A DNA stretch of 64,000 nt from Rhodothermales bacterium. Its GTDB lineage: Bacteria > Bacteroidota > Rhodothermia > Rhodothermales > JBHHWM01. Under the pieces are notes generated by a model. The model saw only the letters and a program-made list of their open reading frames with translations. It searched no databases and was not told where the DNA came from. The stretch covers positions 10,682 to 74,681 of the forward strand of contig JBHHWM010000001.1 of assembly GCA_046756545.1 (NCBI GenBank), given 5' to 3'. The position numbers and the translations under genes are program-made. Positions 26,423 to 35,910 of the stretch are shown piece after piece (the stretch's first letter is position 1; every line of letters starts with the position of its first letter).

Positions 26423-27523
26423 ATGCCTGTGTCGATCATCTGGCTTCTTCTCTTCGCTATATCTTTCGCGGTGCAAATCGCGTACTGGCTGGTGCTCCAC
26501 CAGGGTTTCCGGCGGGCGCAGCGCGGCTCCGGTGCCGTGCCTGCCGCGCCGCTCCCGCCGATCTCGGTCGTCGTGGCGGTGCGCGACGAGGCCTCCCGCC
26601 TGCCCGCGCTACTGGAGGCACTTACCCGGCAGACGCATCCCGGCTATGAAATCCTGGTGGTAGATGATGCCTCGACCGACGCGACCCCCGACGTCGTGCG
26701 CGCCTGGCAGCAAGCACATCCCCACATCCGGCTGGTGCGTGTCGAGCAGCCGGAGGAACCCCGCAAGAAACACGCGCTGGCCCGGGGCATCGAGGCAGCT
26801 TCCTACGACCTGTTGGTCCTCACCGACGCCGATTGTGCGCCGCCGCCCGGCTGGCTGACGGCCCTGGCCCGGCAGCACGTCGCGGCGTCCGAAGATACCG
26901 TGCTTGTCGGCTACAGCCCCTTCCGCAGAGCGCCCGGCCTGCTCAATCGGCTGGCGCGCTACGAGACCTTCGTGACGGGTTTTCTGACGGCGGCGGCCGC
27001 CGGGCTGGATCGGCCCTACATGGCGGTGGGACGCAATCTCAGCTATTCCCGTGCGGTTTTCCGTCGCCTGCACGGCTTCGCTCACTCCCTCCATTCGATG
27101 AGCGGCGACGACGACTTGTTGGTGCAAGAAGTAGCCCGCCGGCGTGTCGCCTCCGTCCGTCCCATCCTGGACGCGCGCTCGTTCGTGCCGAGTGTTCCTC
27201 CGGAGACGTGGCGGCAGTGGCTACGCCAGAAACGACGGCACCTGTCGGCAGGGCGGTTCTACGACCGAAATATGCAGCGCCATCTTGCGCTTTTTCATGC
27301 CACCGGCATCGCGCTCTGGGCGGCTCCGCTCGGGCTCGGTTGGATTGGTGGGGGCCTGCTCGTCGCCAAGCTCTTCGTGCAGGGCCTGATCCTGCGTCGG
27401 GCCGCACGCGTTCTGCGTGAGCGCGACCTGGTGGCCTCGCAGCCGTTTCTCGAACTGCTGTATGCCGGCTACAACCTGTTCATCGCCCCCCTCGGCCTGG
27501 CACGCCTGCCCAAGCGATGGTAG
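26423..27523 (+). CDS. family 2 glycosyltransferase (membrane-associated)
   Basis: ATG at 26423 (MPVSIIWLLLF...); the track start at 26360 is TTG. ISVVVAVRDEA...ILVVDDASTD...LTDADC (DxD) GT-A motifs, plus N- and C-terminal TM segments. Confidence 0.8.
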   Translation: MPVSIIWLLLFAISFAVQIAYWLVLHQGFRRAQRGSGAVPAAPLPPISVVVAVRDEASRLPALLEALTRQTHPGYEILVVDDASTDATPDVVRAWQQAHPHIRLVRVEQPEEPRKKHALARGIEAASYDLLVLTDADCAPPPGWLTALARQHVAASEDTVLVGYSPFRRAPGLLNRLARYETFVTGFLTAAAAGLDRPYMAVGRNLSYSRAVFRRLHGFAHSLHSMSGDDDLLVQEVARRRVASVRPILDARSFVPSVPPETWRQWLRQKRRHLSAGRFYDRNMQRHLALFHATGIALWAAPLGLGWIGGGLLVAKLFVQGLILRRAARVLRERDLVASQPFLELLYAGYNLFIAPLGLARLPKRW

Positions 27524-27668
27524 ACGTCCGATGCATTTCGACGTTAAAATTTGTGCAATATGCGAGACAGGGGCTGTTTTGCGGCATATGGCTCTATTTT
27601 CCGCCCGGTGCCGGTGGGAGCCTTTAGCGCTCCTGCCGGTATAGTCGCTGGCTCACATCGAAGAATCT

Positions 27669-28805
27669 ATGCAGGAGGCTATGGAACGTCCGCGTCGCAC
27701 ATCTCGCCCGGTTCAGGTAGGCACGGTCCAGATCGGTGGAGGCGCGCCGATTTCGGTACAGTCTATGATCGTTTCGAAGACGCACGACGTCGAGACGGCG
27801 TTGGCCGAGATCGAGCACCTGGCGCAGGCCGGAGCCGACATCGTGCGCGTGGCCGTGCCGCGCCCCGAAGACGCCGACGCCCTGCCCGACATCGTGCAGG
27901 GCGCTTCGGTCCCCATCGTCGCCGACATCCATTTCAATTACCAGTATGCCCTGAAGGCGATAGCGGCGGGCGTGGCCAAGGTGCGCATCAATCCGGGCAA
28001 CATCGGCAAGCCGGAGTGGGAGTGCGAGGTGCTGCTGGCGGCCAAAGAGGCAGGCACCCCCATCCGTATCGGCGTCAACTCTGGGTCGTTGGAGCGGGAC
28101 CTTCTCGACAAGTACGGTTATCCGCAGCCCGAGGCGCTCTTCGAGAGCGCCATGCGCCACGTGGAGACCTGCACCCGCAACGGTTTCGAAGACATCATCA
28201 TCTCCGTCAAGCACTCCGATCCGTACTACATGATTCAGGCCAACAAGCTGGTGGCCGAACGCACGGCGTATCCGCTGCACCTGGGCGTGACGGAGGCGGG
28301 TTCGTTGACGACGGGTACGATCAAGAGCGCCATCGGCATCGGCGCGCTGCTGGCCGAGGGCATCGGCGACACGATCCGCGTGTCCCTGACCACCGATTCG
28401 GTTAAGGAGGTCGAAGCCGGGCACGACATTTTGAAAGCCCTTCGCCTGGGGCGGCCCGGGGTCAACATCATCGCCTGTCCCACGTGCGGACGCCTCACGG
28501 GTGATCTGTTTTCTATCGTCAACGAGGTGGAGGCCGCCGTCAAGGCACGCCGGTTCAAGAAGGATCTCAGTGTGGCGCTCATGGGCTGTGCGGTCAACGG
28601 GCCGGGCGAGGCGCAGGGGGCTGACCTGGGCATCTCGCTAGGGCGCGGACGGGCGCACCTGTTCAAGCGCGGCAAGGTGCTACGCACCGTCCCCGAAGAT
28701 CAGATCGTCGAGGCGGTCCTTGAGGCTATCGAAACGTGGGATGAGGAGGAGGCCCCTGCAGACGCCTCCGCGACTGCTATTGCCTGGCAGGAGGGAGGCT
28801 GCTGA
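27669..28805 (+). CDS. ispG: 4-hydroxy-3-methylbut-2-en-1-yl diphosphate synthase
   Basis: VQVGTVQIGGGAPISVQSM...VADIHFNY...RINPGNIG...IACPTCGR...MGCAVNGPGE; the full-length GcpE/IspG signature including the Cys ligands. Confidence 0.92.
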   Translation: MQEAMERPRRTSRPVQVGTVQIGGGAPISVQSMIVSKTHDVETALAEIEHLAQAGADIVRVAVPRPEDADALPDIVQGASVPIVADIHFNYQYALKAIAAGVAKVRINPGNIGKPEWECEVLLAAKEAGTPIRIGVNSGSLERDLLDKYGYPQPEALFESAMRHVETCTRNGFEDIIISVKHSDPYYMIQANKLVAERTAYPLHLGVTEAGSLTTGTIKSAIGIGALLAEGIGDTIRVSLTTDSVKEVEAGHDILKALRLGRPGVNIIACPTCGRLTGDLFSIVNEVEAAVKARRFKKDLSVALMGCAVNGPGEAQGADLGISLGRGRAHLFKRGKVLRTVPEDQIVEAVLEAIETWDEEEAPADASATAIAWQEGGC

Positions 28806-30777
28806 GCAGGCGGCGACCGTCCTGATGGTTGGGCGCAACGTCAAGGAGGTGGGTCACGGTGGTGCGCGCTTTCTCGAATTGCCTGGTGAGGGCGTAGGCT
28901 CCGCTGAGGTTGTAGAGGGTTTGCGGGTGATTCGGTTCCAGCGCGAGGGCGCGTTCCAGATGCTCGATGGCCCCGTCTTGTTGCCCACGCTGGAGCAAGA
29001 TGCTGCCGATCATCCGTTGTGCCGCCGCCGACTCCTCTCGGTCGTTAGCGGCCTCGAAATACGCCAGCGCTTCGTCGTAGCGATGCTGCCGGAGGAGGAT
29101 GTCGCCGGCGGCCAGGTAGGGGTTGGGCAGGAAGGGATAGCGTTGGATGACGGCCAGGGACGCCTGCAAGGCATGGTGGTAGTCGCCCCGGGTCTGGTAA
29201 TATTGCTGGAGCCGGCTCATCATATCCAGCCACCCCACCTTGTTCTGGTAGAGGTCGAAGGCCAGTTCTTCCAGCGGCCCGTTCGGAGTTCCGGGGAGGA
29301 GCGAGCGATCTACGACGCCCGGCAGTTGGAACGGCCAGCTACTCATCAATTGCCTGACGCGCAGCATGCCGACGAGCGAGTCTACCTGGGTCAATAGGAT
29401 TTCTCGACGCGCCGATTCGAGCGGGACGGGCGAGGTCCATTCGCCGATCACGTGTTCGCGGCGCAGCGCTTCGTAGAAGGCATCGGCGATGTGGAGATAT
29501 CCTTCCACGTTGGGATGCAGGTGTTCGAGGATCAGGTTGGAGCCGATGAGCCCCTCCGGCGAAGCGTAGGCTAAGGCTTCCTGCGTCTCGACCAGGAGGG
29601 CACCGTGGCGGGCCGTCTCTTCACGGATAATCCAGTTGACGGCTTCGGGGGCGCGGAAAGGAAGCTGATCCCGGTCTTTCGCGGCCCGGTAGGCCCGGCG
29701 CGCTTCGTCGAAGCGGCCGGCCGCATCCAACACACGCCCCCTGGCATAAAAGGCATCGGCGGAGAGGCTGTCCATGCGAATTGCCGTGTCGAGGGCGGTG
29801 AGGGCGGCTGCCGTATCGCCTTCGGTGGCGGCCTGGAGCCCCCGGCGGTAGGCCGCCTGCCAGGCGTCGGCGTCCGTTGCGGGCGAGAGGTTACTGACAA
29901 ACGGCTCCTGGTCGCGCTCGTTGCTGACAAGGGTGCTGACGAAGACCGGAATGCCGTGCTTCTTGTACCGCGCCAGGAGGTCGCTCAGGTTACCCCGGAA
30001 CTGGCGCAACCCGAGGCTATGGGCGGGCGATCCGTACGGAATGGCCTGTTCGCCGACCATGCGTTCCATCAGGGTTGTGCCCGGTATCTCTCCCTGCTTG
30101 CGTCCGCCAAACAGGCCCGCGGCCTGAGCAAGGAGGGCACGCAACCCCTGCACCACGCGCAGATGCTGCATCCCCAGGTAGGTTTTGACCAGCGGGCGCA
30201 TCTGCCCGAGCGACTCGGAGGAGCCGACGCCGAGCGCTCCGTAATACTCGTTATGCCCGGCGTAGATGAGCACAGCATCCGGCTCCTGCGCGATGATGTC
30301 GTCGGCGAAGTCCAGCAGCGTGTAGGAGTTGACGGCGGCCATGGCCGTATTGACGACCTCGATGTTGCGTCCGGGGAACGTTTGCAGCAGGCGCTGTTCC
30401 AATAGGTCGGCAAAGCTGGCTCCGTAGTAAAAAGGATAGCCGGCGGCGCTGGAGCCGCCCTGGACAAAGATGCGGTACGTGTTGCTATCTTTACGGGCCG
30501 TAAAGGAATCGAACGGGATGGTAGGTACGTTCTGCTGCCGGGCAAAATAGCGCCGCCCGACGTCGCGGCTCGGGCGCAGGTACTCCGGATAACCGGAGAT
30601 CGGAACGAACAGGGGGTACGCGTCGCCGTAGCCGACCAGGCGTAGGAGGCCTTCGAGCAGCACAAAGAAGAGAACCGGAACGACCCCCATCGCCAGGGTG
30701 AAGAGACGGCGCTTGCCGGTGGAGAGCGAGGAACGGGAGGGCGACGTGTCGATGCGCACAGACGCTTCAGACTTCAT
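28777..30777 (-). CDS. membrane-anchored SGNH/GDSL-like hydrolase domain protein with C-terminal TPR repeats
   Basis: Internal ATG (MKSEASVRIDTS...). TM segment LFTLAMGVVPVLFFVLL. RIFVQGGSSAAG and LIYAGHNEY blocks (SGNH-like). Multiple TPR-like repeats at the C-terminus (AxxxYxxA patterns). 29-nt convergent overlap with the ispG 3' end. Confidence 0.7.
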   Translation of the reverse strand: MKSEASVRIDTSPSRSSLSTGKRRLFTLAMGVVPVLFFVLLEGLLRLVGYGDAYPLFVPISGYPEYLRPSRDVGRRYFARQQNVPTIPFDSFTARKDSNTYRIFVQGGSSAAGYPFYYGASFADLLEQRLLQTFPGRNIEVVNTAMAAVNSYTLLDFADDIIAQEPDAVLIYAGHNEYYGALGVGSSESLGQMRPLVKTYLGMQHLRVVQGLRALLAQAAGLFGGRKQGEIPGTTLMERMVGEQAIPYGSPAHSLGLRQFRGNLSDLLARYKKHGIPVFVSTLVSNERDQEPFVSNLSPATDADAWQAAYRRGLQAATEGDTAAALTALDTAIRMDSLSADAFYARGRVLDAAGRFDEARRAYRAAKDRDQLPFRAPEAVNWIIREETARHGALLVETQEALAYASPEGLIGSNLILEHLHPNVEGYLHIADAFYEALRREHVIGEWTSPVPLESARREILLTQVDSLVGMLRVRQLMSSWPFQLPGVVDRSLLPGTPNGPLEELAFDLYQNKVGWLDMMSRLQQYYQTRGDYHHALQASLAVIQRYPFLPNPYLAAGDILLRQHRYDEALAYFEAANDREESAAAQRMIGSILLQRGQQDGAIEHLERALALEPNHPQTLYNLSGAYALTRQFEKARTTVTHLLDVAPNHQDGRRLLSSLPPARQ

Positions 30778-30901
30778 GGCGATGGGGTGAGCAGGCTGCG
30801 ATAGAGTCACCTGCTGTACTTTCAATCCACGGCTACGTTTCCGGCGTGACGCGCGTAGGGGACGTTCACCATACCGAAAAACAGGACGGAACATCAGGAT
30901 T

Positions 30902-32785
30902 ATGAACCGTTTGCTATTCGTCATGTGTTGCTTCTTCGTTGGGATGCAGGTGCAGTGCGTGCCCGGCGAATCTCCTCCTGATGCATCGACGGCGGAGGCC
31001 CCGGTACCCGAGTGGGCCAAAGAGGCCGTCTGGTACCAGATCTTTGTCGAGCGTTTCCGCAACGGCGATCCGTCGAACGATCCCACCCTTCACGACATCG
31101 AGGGGTCGTGGCCCCACGCACAGCCCGACGGCTGGCAGCCTACGCCCTGGACGCACGACTGGTATGAGCAGGAAGCATGGGCGGAAGCGACGGGGGAACC
31201 GTTCTACTATACCGTGCAACTCCGGCGCTACGGGGGCGATTTGCAGGGCGTGATCGATCAACTCGATTACTTGCAGGACCTGGGCGTCACCGCGCTCTAT
31301 CTCAATCCCATCAACGATGCGCCGTCTCTCCACAAGTATGATGCGCGCGCGTACCGCCACGTGGATCGTACCTTCGGCCCGGATCCGCGCGGCGATGAGG
31401 CGATCATGGCACAGGAAACACCGGATGATCCGAGCACCTGGCAATGGACCGCCGCCGACCGCCTGTTCCTGCATCTCGTCGAAGAGATGCATCGTCGCGG
31501 CATGCGTATCATCCTCGACTATTCCTGGAATCATACCGGGATCACGTTCTGGGCCTGGCGGCACGTGCTCGAACATCAACAGGCCTCGCCCTATGCCGAC
31601 TGGTACCAGATCAAGCAGTTTGACGATCCTGATACACCGGAAAATGAGTTCGACTATGAAGGCTGGGCGGGGGTCCGCGAACTGCCTAATTTGACCAAGG
31701 TAGGCGTGCCCGAAGGGTATCACGGCGGCCCCGCCGAGGGCAACCTCCACCCGGCAGTGAAACAGCATGTCTTTGCCGTGACCCGCCGCTGGCTCGACCC
31801 CGACGGAGACGGCGACCCCTCCGACGGTATCGACGGGTTCCGGTTGGACGTGGCCGAAATGGTCCCTCTGGGCTTTTGGCGCGACTACCGGCGGTATGTC
31901 AAGGCCATCAACCCGGAGGCCTACCTGGTGGGCGAAACCTGGTGGGAAAAATGGCCGGACAAGATGATGGATCCCCGGCCCTACCTGGGCGATGTGTTCG
32001 ATGCCGTCATGAACTATCGCTGGTATATGCCTACACGCAGCTACTTCGCCGATGCACTGCCGCGCGAGACGGCCTCTTCCTACGTGGCTCACCTGGACTC
32101 CGTTGAGGCAGGGATTGCACAGGATCATCTGCACGCGATGATGAACCTGACCGCCACCCACGACTCGCCGCGCCTGGCGACGTCCATCTACAACCCCGGC
32201 CGGTACAAAGCAGGCGTTAACCCCCGTGACAACCCGGCTTACAAGGTCGAGAAGCCGGATGCCCGGACCCGAGCCGTTCAGCGGTTGATCCTCGTTCAGC
32301 AATTCACCTATTACGGCGCTCCCCACATCTGGAGCGGCGATGAACTGGGCATGTGGGGTGCCGACGACCCGGATAACCGAAAGCCCGTCGTCTGGCCCGA
32401 CCTTGTCTACGAGGATGAGCGCACGCATCCCCTCGGCACGTCGCGCAGGGTCGATTCCGTGGTGCCGGATACGACCCTCTTCCACTTCTACCAACAACTC
32501 ATCGCGATGCGCAAACAGCACATCGACCTGTTTCGCTCTGGAGACCTGGCCTATGTGTTGACGGACGACGAGCGCGGAGTACTGGTCTACACCCGTACGC
32601 TGGCTCGGAAGCAAGCGGTGGTGGCCTTCAATAAATCAGGCCGGGTACAGGTCGTTTCTATTCCCGTAGAGGCGACGAGAGCATACGAGAGCCTGCTGGA
32701 GACCGGCCCCGGCTACGAAGTAAGCGAGGGGCATCTGACGTTCGAGCTGGGGCCGATGAAGGCGGTGGTACTTATGAGGGAGTGA
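30902..32785 (+). CDS. GH13 alpha-amylase-family enzyme (cyclomaltodextrinase/neopullulanase-like)
   Basis: Signal-like N-terminus. YQIFVERFRNGDPSNDP, GGDLQGVIDQLDYLQDLGVTALYLNPI, DYSWNHTG, GFRLDVAEMV, LVGETW and LTATHDSPR are the GH13 conserved regions I-IV. Confidence 0.9.
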   Translation: MNRLLFVMCCFFVGMQVQCVPGESPPDASTAEAPVPEWAKEAVWYQIFVERFRNGDPSNDPTLHDIEGSWPHAQPDGWQPTPWTHDWYEQEAWAEATGEPFYYTVQLRRYGGDLQGVIDQLDYLQDLGVTALYLNPINDAPSLHKYDARAYRHVDRTFGPDPRGDEAIMAQETPDDPSTWQWTAADRLFLHLVEEMHRRGMRIILDYSWNHTGITFWAWRHVLEHQQASPYADWYQIKQFDDPDTPENEFDYEGWAGVRELPNLTKVGVPEGYHGGPAEGNLHPAVKQHVFAVTRRWLDPDGDGDPSDGIDGFRLDVAEMVPLGFWRDYRRYVKAINPEAYLVGETWWEKWPDKMMDPRPYLGDVFDAVMNYRWYMPTRSYFADALPRETASSYVAHLDSVEAGIAQDHLHAMMNLTATHDSPRLATSIYNPGRYKAGVNPRDNPAYKVEKPDARTRAVQRLILVQQFTYYGAPHIWSGDELGMWGADDPDNRKPVVWPDLVYEDERTHPLGTSRRVDSVVPDTTLFHFYQQLIAMRKQHIDLFRSGDLAYVLTDDERGVLVYTRTLARKQAVVAFNKSGRVQVVSIPVEATRAYESLLETGPGYEVSEGHLTFELGPMKAVVLMRE

Positions 32786-32795
32786 GCGGAAATGG

Positions 32796-32815
32796 GTGCC
32801 GGGAGGTCCCGGCAC
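32796..32815 (+). terminator. GC-rich hairpin 11 nt after the GH13 stop codon (candidate terminator, no U-tract)
   Basis: GTGCCGGG (32796-32803) pairs with CCCGGCAC (32808-32815), loop AGGT. Sits at the boundary where GC collapses into the AT-rich intergenic island. Confidence 0.35.
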
Positions 32816-33061
32816 GTGAGGAAACGGGGATCAGGAAAATCTCCTTTTTCATGGATTGCTTACATGGTGGAGGTTATAGAGGAAATAGTTATATGGAACC
32901 GCTTTCATGAATTTTCACAATTTCCAGAGGGAAAAATGGATGTACGTATAGAGCATGGTCAAAATAAATTATTAAATAATAAGAATTTGTCATAGAATGA
33001 AAAAATATTGATACACCCTTGATTTTTGATCCGTTATTTCATTCCAATAAGTAATTAAGTG

Positions 33062-33077
33062 ATGTAAGCGCTTACAT
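33062..33077. promoter_or_regulatory. perfect 16-bp palindrome ATGTAAGCGCTTACAT: LacI/CcpA-family operator-like site
   Basis: Read directly; self-complementary. The core TGTAAGCGCTTACA matches the generic LacI-family/cre consensus TGWAANCGNTNWCA. Lies 5 nt upstream of the GTG at 33082 and 44 nt upstream of the alternative GTG at 33121 of the LacI-family gene. Confidence 0.55.
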
Positions 33078-33081
33078 TGTC

Positions 33082-34173
33082 GTGTGCGCTCGTTCGTTTA
33101 TTAATCCTTTCGGTCTTCTTGTGGGCGTAACTATTTACGACATAGCAGAGAAAGCCAAGGTCTCTATCGCCACGGTCTCGCGCGTTTTCAACAACCATCC
33201 CCGCGTCTCTGAAAAGACGCGTGAACGGGTGATCGCCATTGCCGAGGAGTTGGGATATCAACCGCACGTGTCTGCCCAGAACCTCGCTCGCCGAAAGACA
33301 CACATTCTCTCGGCAGTCATTCCCGTGATGACCAACTTCTTCTTCGTGGGCGTGCTGCGTGGATTGCAGGACCGTTTGGCCGAAAGCGACTTTGACCTGC
33401 TGGTGTATGCCTCCAAGGCGCTGGAAGACGTAGACGGGCAACTGGAACGGGCGCTCCAACGAGGACGGGCGGAAGGCGTTCTGTTGTTCTCGATGCCGCT
33501 CACCGAAGAACGCGTCGAACGGTTGAAGCGAAGCCGCCAGCCCATCGTGCTTGTGGATTGTTTCCATCCGGAGTTCGACTCCGTATCCATCAATAATGAG
33601 CAAGGGGGATACCTGGCCACCCGTTACTTCATCGACCAGGGATGTTCGCGGATCGGGATGATCATGGCAAATCCTGAATCGATACCGGCTGCCGAACGCC
33701 GCACCGGTTATGAACGCGCCTTGCTCGAAGCAGGACTCCCGATGGACGAAGCCCTGGTGGTGTCCAGCAACGACGCGGTGGAGCATGGCTATACCGAACA
33801 GGCCGGGCACGACGCCATGAAACAGCTCTTGCAGCGACAGCCGCGACCGGAAGCGGTGTTCGTGGCCTCGGACATTCAAGCCCTCGGGGCGTTGCGGGCC
33901 GTCAATGAGGAGGAACTGAGTGTACCCGAAGACATCGCCATCATCGGGTTTGACGACATCATGATCAGCGAGTATGTGGGGCTTTCCACCCTCCGCCAGC
34001 CTATGTATCAGATGGGGAAACTGGCGGTGGAGAAATTTCTCATGCGTCAGCAACACCCGGAGTATCCGACCTCGCACACCGTGTTTTCGCCCCGTCTTAT
34101 CGTTCGGAAGACGAGCAATATGCCGCCTACACAGACGACGGCTATGAAATCAGGAGAAAACGGAGAGGCATGA
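33082..34173 (+). CDS. LacI-family transcriptional regulator
   Basis: HTH VTIYDIAEKAKVSIATVSRVFNNHPRVSEKTRERVIAIAEELGYQPHVSAQNLARRKT, followed by a periplasmic-binding-protein-like sugar-binding core. The start is uncertain (GTG 33082 or GTG 33121). Confidence 0.85.
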   Translation: MCARSFINPFGLLVGVTIYDIAEKAKVSIATVSRVFNNHPRVSEKTRERVIAIAEELGYQPHVSAQNLARRKTHILSAVIPVMTNFFFVGVLRGLQDRLAESDFDLLVYASKALEDVDGQLERALQRGRAEGVLLFSMPLTEERVERLKRSRQPIVLVDCFHPEFDSVSINNEQGGYLATRYFIDQGCSRIGMIMANPESIPAAERRTGYERALLEAGLPMDEALVVSSNDAVEHGYTEQAGHDAMKQLLQRQPRPEAVFVASDIQALGALRAVNEEELSVPEDIAIIGFDDIMISEYVGLSTLRQPMYQMGKLAVEKFLMRQQHPEYPTSHTVFSPRLIVRKTSNMPPTQTTAMKSGENGEA

Positions 34174-35870
34174 AACGGCCCCCCCGACATATGATCATGT
34201 ATGGCCTCGCAGGGATGCTTATGGTTTTCCTGGTTGGATCGGGGCAGGTGCCGTCCTCTGAGCCTGATGCGCAGCCGAAGGTGGTTGCGCGGGCCGGAAG
34301 CATCGAGGTAACTGCAGAGGAGTTTCGCGCCCGCTACGTCGACTATCTCCTCTCGACCGGTCTACGGGATCAACCTGCTTTGCGCAAGGTGTTCCTGCAC
34401 AACGTGATCGCATCGAGGCTGCTCATCAAAGAAACGCGCGACGACGGGATCGAGCAGGAAGCGTCCTATCGATGGAAACGGGGGCAGGTCCGGCGCAAAC
34501 TGCTGCTCGAAGCCTACGCCCACCGGGTTCTCTTCGATACGCTACGGATAGGCGAAGCCGAGGTGGAGGCTATGTTTGTGCGTGCCCATACCCAGCTCAA
34601 AGCACGTCATCTTTTTGCCCGAACTCGCGAGGAGGCCTACGTGCTGTATGCGCGGCTTCAGGCGGGGGAGGCGTTCGAAGCATTGGCGAAAGAAGTCTTT
34701 GCCGATCCGAAACTGGCCGAAAACGGCGGCTCGGTCGGTTATTTCAGCTTCGACGAGATGGATCCTGCGTTTGAAGACGCGGCCTTCGCGTTAGAAGTGG
34801 GCGAGGTCTCCATGCCGGTTCAGACAGCGCACGGCTTCTCCATTATCCAGTTGGAAGACCGATTCATCAAGCCGCTGCTTACCGAATCGGAGTATGCGCA
34901 GCAACGAAAAAAACTGCGCCAGTACGTCCTCTATCGCAAGCAGCAACAGGCGCGGCAGCAGCATGTGCGTCGGCTGGCCGACGCGTTGAACCTGCGCTTT
35001 GAGGCGGCGGCTCTGGACGGGTTGCTCGCCCGGATCACGGGCACAGGAATGCTGGAGAGTGAGGAGGACGTCCGCAGCCGGCTGGCTGAATCGCTCGTGG
35101 CTTTCGGGCTGCCGACACAGCGGGTCACCTGGTCCGTCGGCGATTTTCGGAAACGGGCTCAGTTTACGGACGAGAAACAGCGAGCCCGCGTGCGCACACG
35201 CGAGGACCTGATCGAATTCATCAAAGGGTTGGTGGTGCGCGAGGTCATGATGGAACGGGCCGTAGCGCAGGCGCTGGATGCAACGCCGGCATTCGACCGG
35301 GCCATGCGCGAGGCGATGGACGAAGTTGTGCTGGCGCGAGCGCGCGAGCGATTGGCGGCCGAAGTGGAGGTGCCCGAAGATTCGGTGCGAGCCTATTTCG
35401 AGGCGGCCCAGACGGGCGAATTCGTCCAACCGGCGCAGGTGAGGGTGTGGGAAATCCTGGTCGCTACAAAAGCCGAAGCCGAGCAGGTGAAGCAACAGCT
35501 TGCGTTGCTTTCCTTTGAAGCCCTGGCCCGGACTCATTCCGTTCGACCCGGCGCGCGGGAGACAGGCGGCGACCTGGGCTTTCTCAGCCATCAGGAACTG
35601 GGCCCCCTGGCCGAGGCTGTGTTCGATGCCTCGGAAGGCGATCTGCTGGGACCGCTCGAAATCAAGGGACGCTACACATTGCTCAGAGTGGGCGCGCGGC
35701 GGTCGCAGCGTCCTATACTGTATGAGGAGGCCCGGCCGGCCATCGTCGAGCAGCTTCGCTATCGCTACGCGCGGGCGGAAGTGCGCCGGGTGTACGAGGA
35801 GATTCAGGCGCGTTACGAAATCAGCGTGGACTATAACCTGCTTCTTTCGATGCCGTTGACAGGTGGGTGA
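34170..35870 (+). CDS. SurA-like peptidyl-prolyl isomerase with two parvulin (PpiC) domains
   Basis: ATG overlaps the LacI stop (ATGA at 34170-34173). Signal/TM N-terminus. Parvulin blocks KARHLFAR...GGSVGYFSFDEMDPAFEDAAF...HGFSIIQLEDR and VRVWEILV...GGDLGFLSHQELGPLAEAVF. Confidence 0.8.
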   Translation: MKRPPRHMIMYGLAGMLMVFLVGSGQVPSSEPDAQPKVVARAGSIEVTAEEFRARYVDYLLSTGLRDQPALRKVFLHNVIASRLLIKETRDDGIEQEASYRWKRGQVRRKLLLEAYAHRVLFDTLRIGEAEVEAMFVRAHTQLKARHLFARTREEAYVLYARLQAGEAFEALAKEVFADPKLAENGGSVGYFSFDEMDPAFEDAAFALEVGEVSMPVQTAHGFSIIQLEDRFIKPLLTESEYAQQRKKLRQYVLYRKQQQARQQHVRRLADALNLRFEAAALDGLLARITGTGMLESEEDVRSRLAESLVAFGLPTQRVTWSVGDFRKRAQFTDEKQRARVRTREDLIEFIKGLVVREVMMERAVAQALDATPAFDRAMREAMDEVVLARARERLAAEVEVPEDSVRAYFEAAQTGEFVQPAQVRVWEILVATKAEAEQVKQQLALLSFEALARTHSVRPGARETGGDLGFLSHQELGPLAEAVFDASEGDLLGPLEIKGRYTLLRVGARRSQRPILYEEARPAIVEQLRYRYARAEVRRVYEEIQARYEISVDYNLLLSMPLTGG

Positions 35871-35910
35871 ACCGACCATCCTGGATGCAAACTCAAGCTT
35901 ACTCAACGTT

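Noticed and set aside
32792-32995. 67-aa ORF in the AT-rich island after the first GH13 gene.
   Set aside because: It begins inside the terminator hairpin and crosses a drastic composition change, and I see no motif in it. It is most likely a chance ORF in intergenic DNA.
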